NCBI GenBank assembly: GCA_033721075.1
Contig: JAWWBH010000001.1
Coordinates: forward strand, 1 to 47,937
From: Christiangramia sp.
GTDB taxonomy: Bacteria > Bacteroidota > Bacteroidia > Flavobacteriales > Flavobacteriaceae
DNA: 47,937 nucleotides
Direction of reading: 5' to 3'
A program made the position numbers and the translations under genes. The notes below the pieces were generated by a model, which ran no database searches, was not told the DNA's origin, and saw only the letters and a list, made by a program, of their open reading frames with translations. This document shows, piece after piece, positions 28,249-38,548 of the stretch (position 1 is its first letter; the number at the start of each line of letters is the position of its first letter).

Positions 28249-29781
28249 TCAATTTTTCTGATCTTTAATTTCATTTTTGAATAATTCCTTTATGGCTCTT
28301 CCAATATTCTTTGCTATATCTCCGGCCAGGACTCCTTCGTAACCCAAATCCATAGAAGCGATGTCTCCTGATAGGCCATGAATATAAACTCCCAGAACAG
28401 CGGCTGCAACAGGATCATAAGCCTGGCCAATCAGCGAAGTAATCACTCCGGAGAGCACATCACCGCTTCCGGCGGTAGACATACCAGGATTCCCTGAGTT
28501 ATTTATAAAGATCTCATCCCGATTAATAGTAAAGGTATGTGCGCCTTTTATCACGACGATCACTTCATATTTTTTGCTAAAAGATTTTACCAACTCCAGT
28601 TTATGGAAATCGTCTTTCCAATCTCCTATAAGTCTTTTCAATTCCCCGGGATGAGGAGTTAGAACTGAATTCTTTGGAAGCAATTTCAAAAGTTCCTTAT
28701 TTTCTGAAAGAATATTGAGTCCATCAGCATCTATTACCATGGGGGAATCTGAATTCTCCAATAGTTTTCTAAAGGCATTAACTGATTTTTCATTAGTTCC
28801 TGCTCCCATTCCGAAGCACACAACATCTGCTTTAAAATCGTCAGGATAATCGCTTAAAAAATTATTTTCAGAATCGGTTAGAACCATTGCTTCCGGAAGA
28901 CCTGTTTGAATGATCTCATATCCACATTTTGGAATATACAAACTACATAAACCCGATCCTGTTCTTAATGCCGCAGTGGCCGTTAGCAGTACACTTCCCA
29001 TTTTCCCATAACTACCTCCAGCTATCAAAACATGGCCATAATTACCTTTATGGGTATTCTTTTTTCTATTCTTATATAACGGAAGTACCGACTCTTTGTT
29101 GATAAGAAAGGTTTTAGACCTGATACCGGTAATGAATTCTCTGTCAAGGCCAATATCTATTATTTGCAAATCCCCTACATAATCCATGGTTTCGGGAAGA
29201 AAGAAAACCAGCTTGGGATTCTGGAAGCTCAAAGTATAATCAGCTTCAATAACTGCCGTACCATCTTCAGGAACCCTGTCTGAAAACAATCCGCTGGGCA
29301 TATCGATAGATAGAATGAATGCCTGGGAATCGTTAAGCTGGTTTACGAGTTCTGCCAGCCAGCCTTGGATAGGCCTATTCAAACCTATTCCGAAAATTGC
29401 ATCTATAATAAAGTCCCCGGTATCCATACTGGGAAAATCCTTCCTGGTTTTAATAAGTTGAGGCCAGTCATTAGTAACTTCCTTCAAGCGTTCATAATTG
29501 TAAAGGAAATCATCAGATCTCTTATCGCTGTAATTTACCACATAGACTGTCACATGATAACCATGTTGAATTAAATGCCTGGCTACCACCAGGCCATCAC
29601 CTCCATTGTTTCCTATTCCACAAAATATCTTAACCGGGATTGGAGCTCCCTGCAACCTTTTATGAATTTCATTAAATACCAGGGTCGCAGCCCTTTCCAT
29701 TAGTTCTGCAGAAGTGATTTTCTGCCTTTCAATACTTATTTTATCGGCTTCTGAAAGTTGTTCTGCAGAAAGTATTTTCAT
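28249..29781 (-). CDS. nnr: Bifunctional NAD(P)H-hydrate epimerase/dehydratase
   Basis: GIGNNGGDG, DAIFGIG, IDMPSG (YjeF-N); HKGNYG, DADG, LTPHPGE, TAGSGDVL (YjeF-C). Start at 29781 or 29790. Confidence 0.93.
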   Translation of the reverse strand: MKILSAEQLSEADKISIERQKITSAELMERAATLVFNEIHKRLQGAPIPVKIFCGIGNNGGDGLVVARHLIQHGYHVTVYVVNYSDKRSDDFLYNYERLKEVTNDWPQLIKTRKDFPSMDTGDFIIDAIFGIGLNRPIQGWLAELVNQLNDSQAFILSIDMPSGLFSDRVPEDGTAVIEADYTLSFQNPKLVFFLPETMDYVGDLQIIDIGLDREFITGIRSKTFLINKESVLPLYKNRKKNTHKGNYGHVLIAGGSYGKMGSVLLTATAALRTGSGLCSLYIPKCGYEIIQTGLPEAMVLTDSENNFLSDYPDDFKADVVCFGMGAGTNEKSVNAFRKLLENSDSPMVIDADGLNILSENKELLKLLPKNSVLTPHPGELKRLIGDWKDDFHKLELVKSFSKKYEVIVVIKGAHTFTINRDEIFINNSGNPGMSTAGSGDVLSGVITSLIGQAYDPVAAAVLGVYIHGLSGDIASMDLGYEGVLAGDIAKNIGRAIKELFKNEIKDQKN

Positions 29782-29914
29782 AGAAGTCATTTTCAATTTT
29801 GAACTATCTCAAAGATAAACTTAAAGAATCATTTCCCATAATCTGCTATAAAAAGCTTAAATAAATATTGTATTCATCCTGAATTGAATAAATTTGGGCA
29901 AATTTTTGAAAAAA

Positions 29915-30997
29915 ATGAAAGAAATAGCCCTGTCTGCAAAGCACAAAAACCTTAACGCCAAAATGGTTCCCTTTGCCGGTTTCAATATGCCGGTGTCTTA
30001 CGAAGGTGTGAATATCGAACATGAAACAGTAAGAAAAAAACTTGGGGTATTTGATGTATCACATATGGGTGAATTCCTTATTTCGGGAGAAAATGCACTT
30101 GATCTTATTCAAAAAATCAGTTCTAATGACGCTTCCAAGCTGGTAGATGGTAAGGCACAATATTCATGTATGCCAAATAATGACGGAGGGATTGTAGACG
30201 ATCTCATCATTTACAGGATAGATGCAGAAAAATATCTTTTAGTAGTGAATGCCTCCAATATTGAAAAAGACTGGAACTGGATCGCACATCACAATACCAT
30301 GGATGCTACCATGCGTGATATGAGCGATGAAATGTCACTGCTTGCCATACAGGGGCCAAAAGCGGCAGAAGCGATGCAGTCCCTAAGCGATATAGATCTT
30401 GAAAATATGAAGTTCTACACTTTTGAAGTGGGAACCTTTGCGGGGGTGGATAAAGTAATCGTTTCGGCTACCGGATATACAGGTAGTGGCGGCTTCGAAA
30501 TCTATTTCAGGAATGAAGACGCTGAGCAAATTTGGGATGCGGTAATGGAAGCAGGCAAGGATTTTGGGATCAAACCTATAGGTCTGGCCGCACGTGATAC
30601 ACTTCGACTTGAAATGGGATACTGTCTTTATGGAAATGATATTGACGAAACTACATCCCCTATTGAGGCAGGCCTGGGCTGGATCACAAAATTCAACAAG
30701 GAATTCATCAATAGTGAAGCCTTAAAGGAGGAAAAAGAGAAGGGTCCAAAGCGTAAACTTATTGCCTTTGAACTGGATGAAAGAGGAATTCCGCGCAAAG
30801 GATATGATATTGTTGACGAGAATGGTAAGAAAATTGGAGAAGTAACATCGGGCACCATGTCTCCCTCCCTTGAAAAAGGAATAGGCTTAGGATATGTACC
30901 GACAGAGATCGCAGGTGTGGGAAATAAAATCTTAATTCAGATTAGAAAAAAAGCTGTTCCTGCGACTCAGGTAAAACTGCCCTTTTATAAAGGCTAA
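29915..30997 (+). CDS. gcvT: Glycine cleavage system aminomethyltransferase T
   Basis: FDVSHMGE, ATGYTGSGGFE, GLAARDTLRLEMG; ATG start at 29915 downstream of TAAATTTG (29889-29896). Confidence 0.96.
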   Translation: MKEIALSAKHKNLNAKMVPFAGFNMPVSYEGVNIEHETVRKKLGVFDVSHMGEFLISGENALDLIQKISSNDASKLVDGKAQYSCMPNNDGGIVDDLIIYRIDAEKYLLVVNASNIEKDWNWIAHHNTMDATMRDMSDEMSLLAIQGPKAAEAMQSLSDIDLENMKFYTFEVGTFAGVDKVIVSATGYTGSGGFEIYFRNEDAEQIWDAVMEAGKDFGIKPIGLAARDTLRLEMGYCLYGNDIDETTSPIEAGLGWITKFNKEFINSEALKEEKEKGPKRKLIAFELDERGIPRKGYDIVDENGKKIGEVTSGTMSPSLEKGIGLGYVPTEIAGVGNKILIQIRKKAVPATQVKLPFYKG

Positions 30998-31002
30998 TTT
31001 AT

Positions 31003-31818
31003 TTGAAAAAGATACTCATTTTAGGAGCTAGCGGATTTATAGGCAACGCCTTATATAAAGAGCTATGCTCCTATTTTGATACCCATGGGACCTACCGCAC
31101 CGAAAACGAATTCTTCAGCGGCAATAATCAGTTCCATCACTTCGATATGGAAACTGAAAATATCGAGATCCTTCTTGAGACTTTAAAGCCAGATGTGATC
31201 ATTTCGGCATTACGGGGAAATTTTGATGCACAGGTTGCCACTCATTTTTATATTATCAACTACATATTAAAGCACAATAGCAAACTAATTTTCATTAGTT
31301 CAGCAAATGTGTTTGACGCCTTTACCAATTATCCATCCTATGAGTATGACAAGACGCTTAGCCAGAGCATTTATGGACGTTTCAAGATAAAAATTGAAAA
31401 CGCGTTATTAAGACTGCCCAATCATCAATATAATATCGTGAGACTGCCTATGGTCTTCGGAAAGGCCACTCCTAGGATAAAAGAGATAAAGACTATTATT
31501 GACCTTGGCGAACCTTTGGAGGTGTTCCCCAATGTGGTGATTAATGCAACAGAAATCCAGAAGGTAACTCAGCAGTTGCATTATATTATCAACAGGAGCA
31601 GGCAGGGAGTTTTTCACCTGGGAAGCTCAGACCTTATACATCAAAAAGATTTCATTGAAGAAATTTGTGAGGGATTAGGCTATGAGAATCCACTATTCAA
31701 GAACGTGTATGACTCTAACTATGACAGATTCCTGGCGGTGCTACCTAAGGACAATAAACTTCCTAAAAATCTGGAGATCACGATCAGCCAGGTTATAGAG
31801 GCTTCTACAAAGAAATAG
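31003..31818 (+). CDS. RmlD-like extended SDR (sugar-nucleotide-binding protein)
   Basis: GASGFIG, FISSANVF, YGRFK, RLPMVFG. Confidence 0.8.
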   Translation: MKKILILGASGFIGNALYKELCSYFDTHGTYRTENEFFSGNNQFHHFDMETENIEILLETLKPDVIISALRGNFDAQVATHFYIINYILKHNSKLIFISSANVFDAFTNYPSYEYDKTLSQSIYGRFKIKIENALLRLPNHQYNIVRLPMVFGKATPRIKEIKTIIDLGEPLEVFPNVVINATEIQKVTQQLHYIINRSRQGVFHLGSSDLIHQKDFIEEICEGLGYENPLFKNVYDSNYDRFLAVLPKDNKLPKNLEITISQVIEASTKK

Positions 31819-31904
31819 CTGTTAATCTTATATTAAAGCATGCCTATCCCCTATTTATTCATGTCTTAATTTCTAAATTTAAGTAAAACCAAAAACTTAA
31901 ACTG

Positions 31905-32195
31905 ATGAAAAAATTAAGTGAAGACGAAATCCAGGCTAAATTAAATGATCTGGAAGGTTGGACCTATGCAAAAAAAGCGATCCACACCTCCTTCCAATTT
32001 GAGAACTTTAAAGAAGCCTTTACAGTGATGACCCGTATCGCTTTTGAAGCAGAAGCTCAGCAGCATCATCCAAACTGGGGAAATGTCTACAATCAACTGG
32101 AAATCTCACTTTCCACCCATGATGCTGATGGTGTAACGGAAAAAGATTTTAAAATGGCACGTGCAATAGAAGAAATAGTGGATCCTTCAAATTAA
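31905..32195 (+). CDS. phhB: Pterin-4-alpha-carbinolamine dehydratase
   Basis: HHPNWGNVYN, STHDADGVTEKD. Confidence 0.93.
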   Translation: MKKLSEDEIQAKLNDLEGWTYAKKAIHTSFQFENFKEAFTVMTRIAFEAEAQQHHPNWGNVYNQLEISLSTHDADGVTEKDFKMARAIEEIVDPSN

Positions 32196-32219
32196 AATTG
32201 CATTATTTATATACTTAAG

Positions 32220-32256
32220 GCTCCTAATTTTTTTAAGAAATATTAGGAGCTTTTTT
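32220..32256 (+). terminator. Intrinsic terminator
   Basis: GCTCCTAAT...ATTAGGAGC followed by TTTTTT; a TACTTTTG -7 element follows at 32258-32265. Confidence 0.7.
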
Positions 32257-32288
32257 ATACTTTTGCCCGAATATTATTTTTAGCTACC

Positions 32289-33008
32289 ATGGGAAGAGCA
32301 TTTGAATTTAGAAAAGCACGTAAAATGAAACGCTGGTCGGCAATGGCCAAAGCATTCACCCGAATAGGAAAAGATATCGTAATGGCCGTTAAGGAAGGTG
32401 GCCCGGATCCTGACACCAATGCGAAATTACGTGCGGTGATTCAGAACGCCAAGAGCGTTAACATGCCTAAGGATAATATTGAGCGGGCTATCAAGCGAGC
32501 TTCCGATAAATCACAGGGAGAATATAAGATTGTTCTTTTTGAAGGCTATGCGCCACATGGGATCGCTGTACTGGTAGAGACCGCCACAGATAATAATAAT
32601 CGTACCGTGGCAAATATCCGTTCCCACTTCAATAAATGTGACGGGAACCTTGGAACATCTGGTTCTGTTGAATTCATGTTCGATCACACCTGTAACTTCA
32701 GGATCAATAATGAAGGTATAGACCCCGAAGAACTGGAACTGGAACTTATAGATTTTGGTGCCGAAGAAGTATTCGAGGACGAGGATGGCATTCATATCTA
32801 TGCGCCTTTTCAATATTTTGGCAGCATCCAGAAAGAACTGGAAAATCGTGAAATAGAGATCATATCTTCAGGTTTTGAAAGGATCCCGCAGGTGACCAAA
32901 AGTCTTAATGCAGAGCAGGCTGCCGATGTTGAGAAATTATTGGAAAAGCTGGAAGAGGATGATGACGTTCAGAACGTTTATCATACCATGGAAACTTCAG
33001 AAGAATAA
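32289..33008 (+). CDS. yebC: YebC/PmpR family protein
   Basis: GGPDPDTNAKLR, NMPKDNIERAI, EGYAPHG, TDNNNRT, LEEDDDVQNVYH. Confidence 0.95.
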   Translation: MGRAFEFRKARKMKRWSAMAKAFTRIGKDIVMAVKEGGPDPDTNAKLRAVIQNAKSVNMPKDNIERAIKRASDKSQGEYKIVLFEGYAPHGIAVLVETATDNNNRTVANIRSHFNKCDGNLGTSGSVEFMFDHTCNFRINNEGIDPEELELELIDFGAEEVFEDEDGIHIYAPFQYFGSIQKELENREIEIISSGFERIPQVTKSLNAEQAADVEKLLEKLEEDDDVQNVYHTMETSEE

Positions 33009-33548
33009 TCAGAAGTTTTCAGGGATCTTCCCCTCCACTCCTTTATATAGATGTTGTATTTCAACAAGGTCCTTTTCCAGATTCCCACCAGGATGAAACG
33101 GAGTATGGATAGTAACAGTTCTGGTCCCGAAATCAAAGGCCACAGGAATAACTGGCACCCGGGCCTTTAAGGCTATAAAATAGAAACCGGTTTTCCATCT
33201 CTCGGTTTTCTTTCTGGTACCCTCCGGAGAAAGAGCCAGCCTAAAGACCTCATTCTTTTCAAACAATTCGGCGATTGCATCAACCTTTTTCTGGTTTCCG
33301 GTACGGTCTATTGGCGATCCGCCTACCATTTTAAAATACCAGCCGAAGGGCGGCCTGAACAATTCTTTTTTCCCAACAAAGTCGATATGTACTCCAATGA
33401 CCTTTCGTACAAGGATTCCAATGAAAAAGTCATAGGAACTTGTATGCGGAACAACGATCACCACACATTTCTTAACAGCAGGATCGAAGTGATTTTCCAG
33501 TTTCCAACCTAAAATATTAAAGAAGACAAGCTTTGCCAGCCAGCGCAT
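33009..33548 (-). CDS. 1-acyl-sn-glycerol-3-phosphate acyltransferase family protein
   Basis: PHTSSYD (HX4D), SPEGTR, WKTGFY. Confidence 0.9.
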   Translation of the reverse strand: MRWLAKLVFFNILGWKLENHFDPAVKKCVVIVVPHTSSYDFFIGILVRKVIGVHIDFVGKKELFRPPFGWYFKMVGGSPIDRTGNQKKVDAIAELFEKNEVFRLALSPEGTRKKTERWKTGFYFIALKARVPVIPVAFDFGTRTVTIHTPFHPGGNLEKDLVEIQHLYKGVEGKIPENF

Positions 33549-33556
33549 AATCTAAA

Positions 33557-34756
33557 TTATTCGCGATGGTGTTTGGTAGATTCGTGACCTTTTCTTCGTT
33601 TTCTTTCTTCACGAAGTAGTGAAAGTTCACGCCCCGTTTGTCCCTTTACCGAAGTGTTTTCCTGAGCCCTTCGAAGAAGATATGGCACAACATCCCGTAC
33701 CGGACCAAACGGTACCAGCTTTACGGCATTATAACCTTTCCTAGCCAGGTTATAACTAATATGATCACTCATCCCATATAACTGGCTGAACCAGATTCGT
33801 TTATCATCAATAGAAAGGCCTTTATCCTCAATGATCTGGAGGGCAAGGTAACTGCTCACTTCATTATGAGTCCCTATGAATACCGAAATATCTTCCAAAT
33901 GATTAAGGCAATAGGACAGCACGCTGTTGAAGTTAACATCTGTAGCTTCCTTGCTTTCACATATCGGAGTGGGATAGCCGAGTTTCTTTGCACGGGCATT
34001 TTCTTTTTCCATATAGGCCCCGCGAACAATTTTCGCTCCTATCTTAAAGCCCTCTTTCTTACCTTTTTCATGAAGATCTTTCAGATAATCGAGACGATCC
34101 CACCTATAACACTGGAGTGTATTAAAAATGAGAACTTCCTCTTTATTATACTTACGCATCATCTCCTCCATAAGATCATCTGCAGCTGATTGCATCCAAG
34201 TCTCTTCAGCATCTGCATACAATCTCACCTTTAATTCGCAGGCTCGTTTACATAGAGTATCCACTCTCTTCTGCACTCTTTCCCACTCTTCTTTTTCCTC
34301 CTCTGTAAGGTTTATCTTTTCGCTTACTTTTTCCCATATCTCAAACCTTCCAATCCCGGTAGGCTTGAACATGGCAAAAGAAATTTCATCGCTTTTCTTG
34401 GCATATTCAACAAGGCTAAGCTTTTTCTCCATGGCTGCATCAAATTCAGCCTCAGTTTCCTTTCCTTCCACTGAATAATCAAGTATGCTGTGAAGGTTTT
34501 CGTCATACATTTCTTTCGTGACCGGTTTGCAGTCTTCTTCGGTCACTCCCCCGCAAAACTGTTCAAATATTGTTTTTTTGATAATTGTCTCAACGGGCAG
34601 ATGTAATTTTAAAGAAAGATTGGTTAAAAAAGTACCAGCTTTTACTATAGTTGGCCGGTTCATTAATCCGAAAAGGAAAAGCGCTCTGTCAAGTTCTGTA
34701 TTCGATTTTAGCTTGAATGCTGCTTTAGTGTTATTAAAAATTTTCTTTCTAATCAT
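33557..34756 (-). CDS. Monofunctional proline dehydrogenase
   Basis: QFCGG, DAEE, KIVRGAY, GTHN, QLYGM, PYLLRRAQEN. Confidence 0.92.
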   Translation of the reverse strand: MIRKKIFNNTKAAFKLKSNTELDRALFLFGLMNRPTIVKAGTFLTNLSLKLHLPVETIIKKTIFEQFCGGVTEEDCKPVTKEMYDENLHSILDYSVEGKETEAEFDAAMEKKLSLVEYAKKSDEISFAMFKPTGIGRFEIWEKVSEKINLTEEEKEEWERVQKRVDTLCKRACELKVRLYADAEETWMQSAADDLMEEMMRKYNKEEVLIFNTLQCYRWDRLDYLKDLHEKGKKEGFKIGAKIVRGAYMEKENARAKKLGYPTPICESKEATDVNFNSVLSYCLNHLEDISVFIGTHNEVSSYLALQIIEDKGLSIDDKRIWFSQLYGMSDHISYNLARKGYNAVKLVPFGPVRDVVPYLLRRAQENTSVKGQTGRELSLLREERKRRKGHESTKHHRE

Positions 34757-34775
34757 GCTGTGGTAGTAATTAGCG

Positions 34776-34783
34776 CAAATATA
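34776..34783 (-). promoter_or_regulatory. Bacteroidota -7 element (TATATTTG)
   Basis: TAnnTTTG 19 nt before the ATG at 34756. Confidence 0.55.
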
Positions 34784-34845
34784 CTTATTGAAACTTGATT
34801 TTATTAATATTTTCTCTTTAATTTCGGGGCTTAAAACCTAGTAAA

Positions 34846-35916
34846 ATGAATGATTTAACGGCTTCTCTGAATCCGGTTCTGTATGCTGAAAAGGCGTACC
34901 TCGCACTAAATGAATTTCTTACTGAAAATGATCCTTCAAAGATCTTTATTCTTGTAGATGGCAACACCCATGAGCATTGTCTTGGAAGGTTCATGCAACA
35001 TTTGAAAAACAATCAGCATACGGAGGTCATTGAAATAGAAGCCGGCGAAGAATTCAAGAATCTGCAAACCTGTGAAGGCGTCTGGAATGCACTTTCAGAA
35101 CTGGAAGCAGACCGAAAAAGCCTTATGATAAATCTAGGTGGCGGCGTTGTTACCGACCTGGGCGGATTTGTAGCTTCGGCATTTAAGCGCGGTATACAGT
35201 TCATAAATATACCCACTACCCTGCTCGCAATGGTAGATGCATCGGTTGGAGGTAAAACCGGGGTAGACCTGGGGAATCTTAAGAATCAGATTGGTGTGAT
35301 AAATCAACCTGAAATGGTTTTGATAGACACTCAGTTTCTTAGCACCCTTCCGCAGGAGGAAATGAGAAGCGGACTCGCAGAAATTTTGAAGCATGGGTTG
35401 ATCGCGAGCGAAACCTACTGGCAAAAAGCATCAAAACTGGACGAACTTGACCTTTCTCACCTGGAAGATATCATTAAAGAATCTGTAGAAATAAAGAAGG
35501 AGATTGTCACCAAAGATCCCTTCGAAAAAAACCTGAGAAAAACTCTCAATTTCGGGCATACGCTTGGACATGCTATAGAATCTTATTGCCTTACCCATCC
35601 TGAAAAGAAAAGACTTCTTCACGGGGAAGCGATCGCCGCGGGAATGATCCTGGAAACATATCTATCCACCGAATTACAGAATTTTCCCAGGAAAAAATTT
35701 GAGAATATTAATGAGGTGATAAAGAATATCTACGGAAAGGAAACTTTTTCAAAGGAAGATATTATTGAGATAAAGGAATTGATGAAATTTGACAAAAAGA
35801 ATGAGCGAGGTAATATCAATTTTGTATTGCTAGCTGATATTGGGAATCCTGTCATAGATGTTGTGGTGCCAGATAAGCTTATAGAAAGTGCATTCGACTG
35901 GTATTTAAATAATTGA
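34846..35916 (+). CDS. aroB: 3-dehydroquinate synthase
   Basis: GGGVVTDLGGF, PTTLLAMVDASVGGKTG, LNFGHTLGHA, LLHGEA, DKK. Confidence 0.96.
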   Translation: MNDLTASLNPVLYAEKAYLALNEFLTENDPSKIFILVDGNTHEHCLGRFMQHLKNNQHTEVIEIEAGEEFKNLQTCEGVWNALSELEADRKSLMINLGGGVVTDLGGFVASAFKRGIQFINIPTTLLAMVDASVGGKTGVDLGNLKNQIGVINQPEMVLIDTQFLSTLPQEEMRSGLAEILKHGLIASETYWQKASKLDELDLSHLEDIIKESVEIKKEIVTKDPFEKNLRKTLNFGHTLGHAIESYCLTHPEKKRLLHGEAIAAGMILETYLSTELQNFPRKKFENINEVIKNIYGKETFSKEDIIEIKELMKFDKKNERGNINFVLLADIGNPVIDVVVPDKLIESAFDWYLNN

Positions 35917-36007
35917 TTTTTAACTCGTTAAAAATTAAATATAAATACCTCTAATGTTTTGTATGCAATTTATTTTTTTATTTATACTTGCATAAACCAT
36001 TCAAACT

Positions 36008-36316
36008 ATGAAAAGGATAATCGTAGATTACAAAAAGCTCACTCCTGAAATTCTTGGCCTGTTGGTTGAAAAATACCCGGACGGCTATGATGATGATCAA
36101 ATCATTTCATTTAAAAATGCCAAAAATGAGACCGTTGATGCTGTAGAAGTGCGTACAGATGACACAGTGTACCTTGTAAAGGTTAGTACCCGTCTGGAAA
36201 ACACCATGGCGAATTTTGATGAGGATGACTACGATGATTCGGAATTCAATGACCCAATCGTTGAAATCCCTGAAAAAGATGACGAAGACTCTGATGAGGA
36301 GGATCTGGATAAATAA
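36008..36316 (+). CDS. Conserved hypothetical protein with acidic C-terminal tail
   Basis: 102 aa; ~70-aa globular-looking N-terminus then a D/E-rich tail; followed by its own terminator. Confidence 0.8.
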   Translation: MKRIIVDYKKLTPEILGLLVEKYPDGYDDDQIISFKNAKNETVDAVEVRTDDTVYLVKVSTRLENTMANFDEDDYDDSEFNDPIVEIPEKDDEDSDEEDLDK

Positions 36317-36352
36317 AAAGAAAGGAACGCGAATGGCGTTCCTTTCTTTTTT
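36315..36352. terminator. Bidirectional intrinsic terminator
   Basis: AAAAAGAAAGGAACGC-N5-GCGTTCCTTTCTTTTT. Confidence 0.88.
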
Positions 36353-36370
36353 AAATCAATTTCTTTTAAG

Positions 36371-36919
36371 TTAAGCATGTTGCAAATCGTGCTTTCCTTC
36401 TTTTATTTCCTCAATCACCTTTGCATTAAATGCCGGAAGATCATCGGGGTTCCTGCTTGTAACAAGAGCTTCATCTACAACTACTTCCTCATCTACCCAA
36501 AGAGCTCCTGCATTTTCAACATCTTTCCTTATTGAATTAAAAGAAGTCATGGTTCTACCATTAACAACCTCTGCACTAATTAAAGTCCAGGCAGCATGGC
36601 AAATGGCAGCAACAGGTTTACTTTGTTTAAAAAAGTCCCTCACGAAGATAAGTACAGATTCTTCCCTTCTCAATTTATCAGGATTTATAACTCCACCTGG
36701 AAGTACCAGGGCGTTATAATCTTTAGCAGAAACTTCATCAATCGAATAATCTACTTCATATTCCTTTCCCCAGTCATTTTTATCCCAGGACTTGATCTTT
36801 CCTTTTTCAAGACTCACTATATCAACTTTAAAACCTTCCTTCTCCATTGCTTCTTTAGGTGAAGAAAGTTCGCTTTCTTCAAAGCCGTGAGTGGCCAAAA
36901 TTGCAATTCTCTTTTCCAT
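36371..36919 (-). CDS. PfpI/DJ-1 family protein (YhbO-like)
   Basis: GFEESE, LPGG, AAICHA nucleophile elbow, TSRNPDD; TATCTTTG -7 element at 36947-36954. Confidence 0.92.
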   Translation of the reverse strand: MEKRIAILATHGFEESELSSPKEAMEKEGFKVDIVSLEKGKIKSWDKNDWGKEYEVDYSIDEVSAKDYNALVLPGGVINPDKLRREESVLIFVRDFFKQSKPVAAICHAAWTLISAEVVNGRTMTSFNSIRKDVENAGALWVDEEVVVDEALVTSRNPDDLPAFNAKVIEEIKEGKHDLQHA

Positions 36920-37020
36920 AATTAAGTTTTATTTTTTGGATTCACTCAAAGATAATGAGCACTTCAGGCAATTTCTATTAAGGCACTACTAAAAATGGGA
37001 GGTTTTAAGTTAAACCTTTA

Positions 37021-38025
37021 TTAAGTCGAAGAATTGTCTTTGTCTGATTTCTCCTCAATATCGAGGTGGGATTTGAGTTTGTCTATTATATGCTTTTCTT
37101 CCTTAAGCTGCACACGTCTTTGCTCAAGTTTTTTCATTTCCTGATAGATCGCCGGTTCCCCAAAACGATTGGGCTCCACTTTTTCCTTTTTTAGCAATGC
37201 ATACTGGACGGTGAATTCAGCTCCAAAAAACAGGATCAAACAGGTATAATAGACCCATAAAAGGATAAGCACTACTGAAGAGGCTCCTCCATATACCGAT
37301 GCAGGCTCACTTTGGCCAAAATAGAAACTTATTATAAATTCACCTATGAGGAATAGAGCTGTGGTGAGTCCCGCCCCCATATAGGTAGTTCTAAGCCTGA
37401 TCTTTATATCTGGAAGCAGCTTGAAGATCATCGCAAAAAGCGTGGTAATAAAGAAAAATGAAAGTGCGTAATTTGCTATAAATACAACCACCTCGGTTAT
37501 ATTGGGTAAATACTCCTCGATCTTATCAGCTATTAATCTTAGTACAGCAGATACAACCAGCGCGATTAATAGTAGAAGGCCTAATACCAGGACCATGCCC
37601 AGAGATATTACCCGGTCCAGCACCAGCCTCAGGAAATTGGTCCTTTTAGCTGCCACGTTCCAGATATTGTTCATCGCGACCTTAAGCTGAAAGAAAACAC
37701 CTGTCGCACCAAAGATCAGGATTGCCAGTCCAAAAATAACAGCCCAGGTAGATTCCTGGGAAAGTGCGGCATTTTCAATCATATTTTCGATCGCATCAGC
37801 CGTCTCCTGGCCAATGAAGCCAGATATTTCTCCCATTAACCGACCACGCACAGCTTCGCGACCAAAAAAATAGCCTGCGATGCTTACTACTATTATTAGA
37901 AGGGATGGAAGGGAAAAAAGTGCATAATAAGCAATGGTAGCGCTTCGAGCATATGGCTCATTTTTATTCCAGCTTATATAAGATTTCTTTAGGAGTTTAA
38001 AAATTATTTTAATGGAATTCCACAT
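37021..38025 (-). CDS. YihY/BrkB family membrane protein
   Basis: AYYALFSLP, LNxIW-like AMNNIW, SVYGGASS, LLWVYY...FFGAE. Confidence 0.9.
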   Translation of the reverse strand: MWNSIKIIFKLLKKSYISWNKNEPYARSATIAYYALFSLPSLLIIVVSIAGYFFGREAVRGRLMGEISGFIGQETADAIENMIENAALSQESTWAVIFGLAILIFGATGVFFQLKVAMNNIWNVAAKRTNFLRLVLDRVISLGMVLVLGLLLLIALVVSAVLRLIADKIEEYLPNITEVVVFIANYALSFFFITTLFAMIFKLLPDIKIRLRTTYMGAGLTTALFLIGEFIISFYFGQSEPASVYGGASSVVLILLWVYYTCLILFFGAEFTVQYALLKKEKVEPNRFGEPAIYQEMKKLEQRRVQLKEEKHIIDKLKSHLDIEEKSDKDNSST

Positions 38026-38543
38026 TAAAGATATCTTTTACGAATGATATCTTTATGATGCAACGCATGCCCGGCCATTACAAACCCAATGGCACGGGCG
38101 GTTGCAGTCATATCATTCATAACCCCTTTTCTTGAAAGCATTTCGTTTGAAAAACTTCTGAACAGGGAAATACCAGATTCCCTTACCAGTTTGAATTCAT
38201 CAATCAAATCAGCCGGTGCACGTTTCTCTGCTTCAGAACTTAGAACATAAGAATCATGGTCGAAACCCGGCAGGGATTTACTTTCATTTCTTGAAAAAGA
38301 AAGAGCCCTGTACTGGAAGATGCGATCGGTATCTATAAGATGCTGAACCATTTCCAGGACACTCCATTTACCCGCCGCATAACTGTATCGCCATTTTTCA
38401 GGGGGAACCGATCTAAGAAACTGAACCATATCCTCAGTATTCTTCTTTAAGGTTCCAATTAGCTCGGCATCATCCGGAATCAGGTTAATATAACCCCAGT
38501 AAAATTCTCCGATCTCATCTTTTTTTAGCTCTGACTTTTTCAT
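38025..38543 (-). CDS. DinB family protein
   Basis: YAAGKWSVLEMVQHL, GHALHH. Confidence 0.88.
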   Translation of the reverse strand: MKKSELKKDEIGEFYWGYINLIPDDAELIGTLKKNTEDMVQFLRSVPPEKWRYSYAAGKWSVLEMVQHLIDTDRIFQYRALSFSRNESKSLPGFDHDSYVLSSEAEKRAPADLIDEFKLVRESGISLFRSFSNEMLSRKGVMNDMTATARAIGFVMAGHALHHKDIIRKRYL

Positions 38544-38548
38544 ATTAA

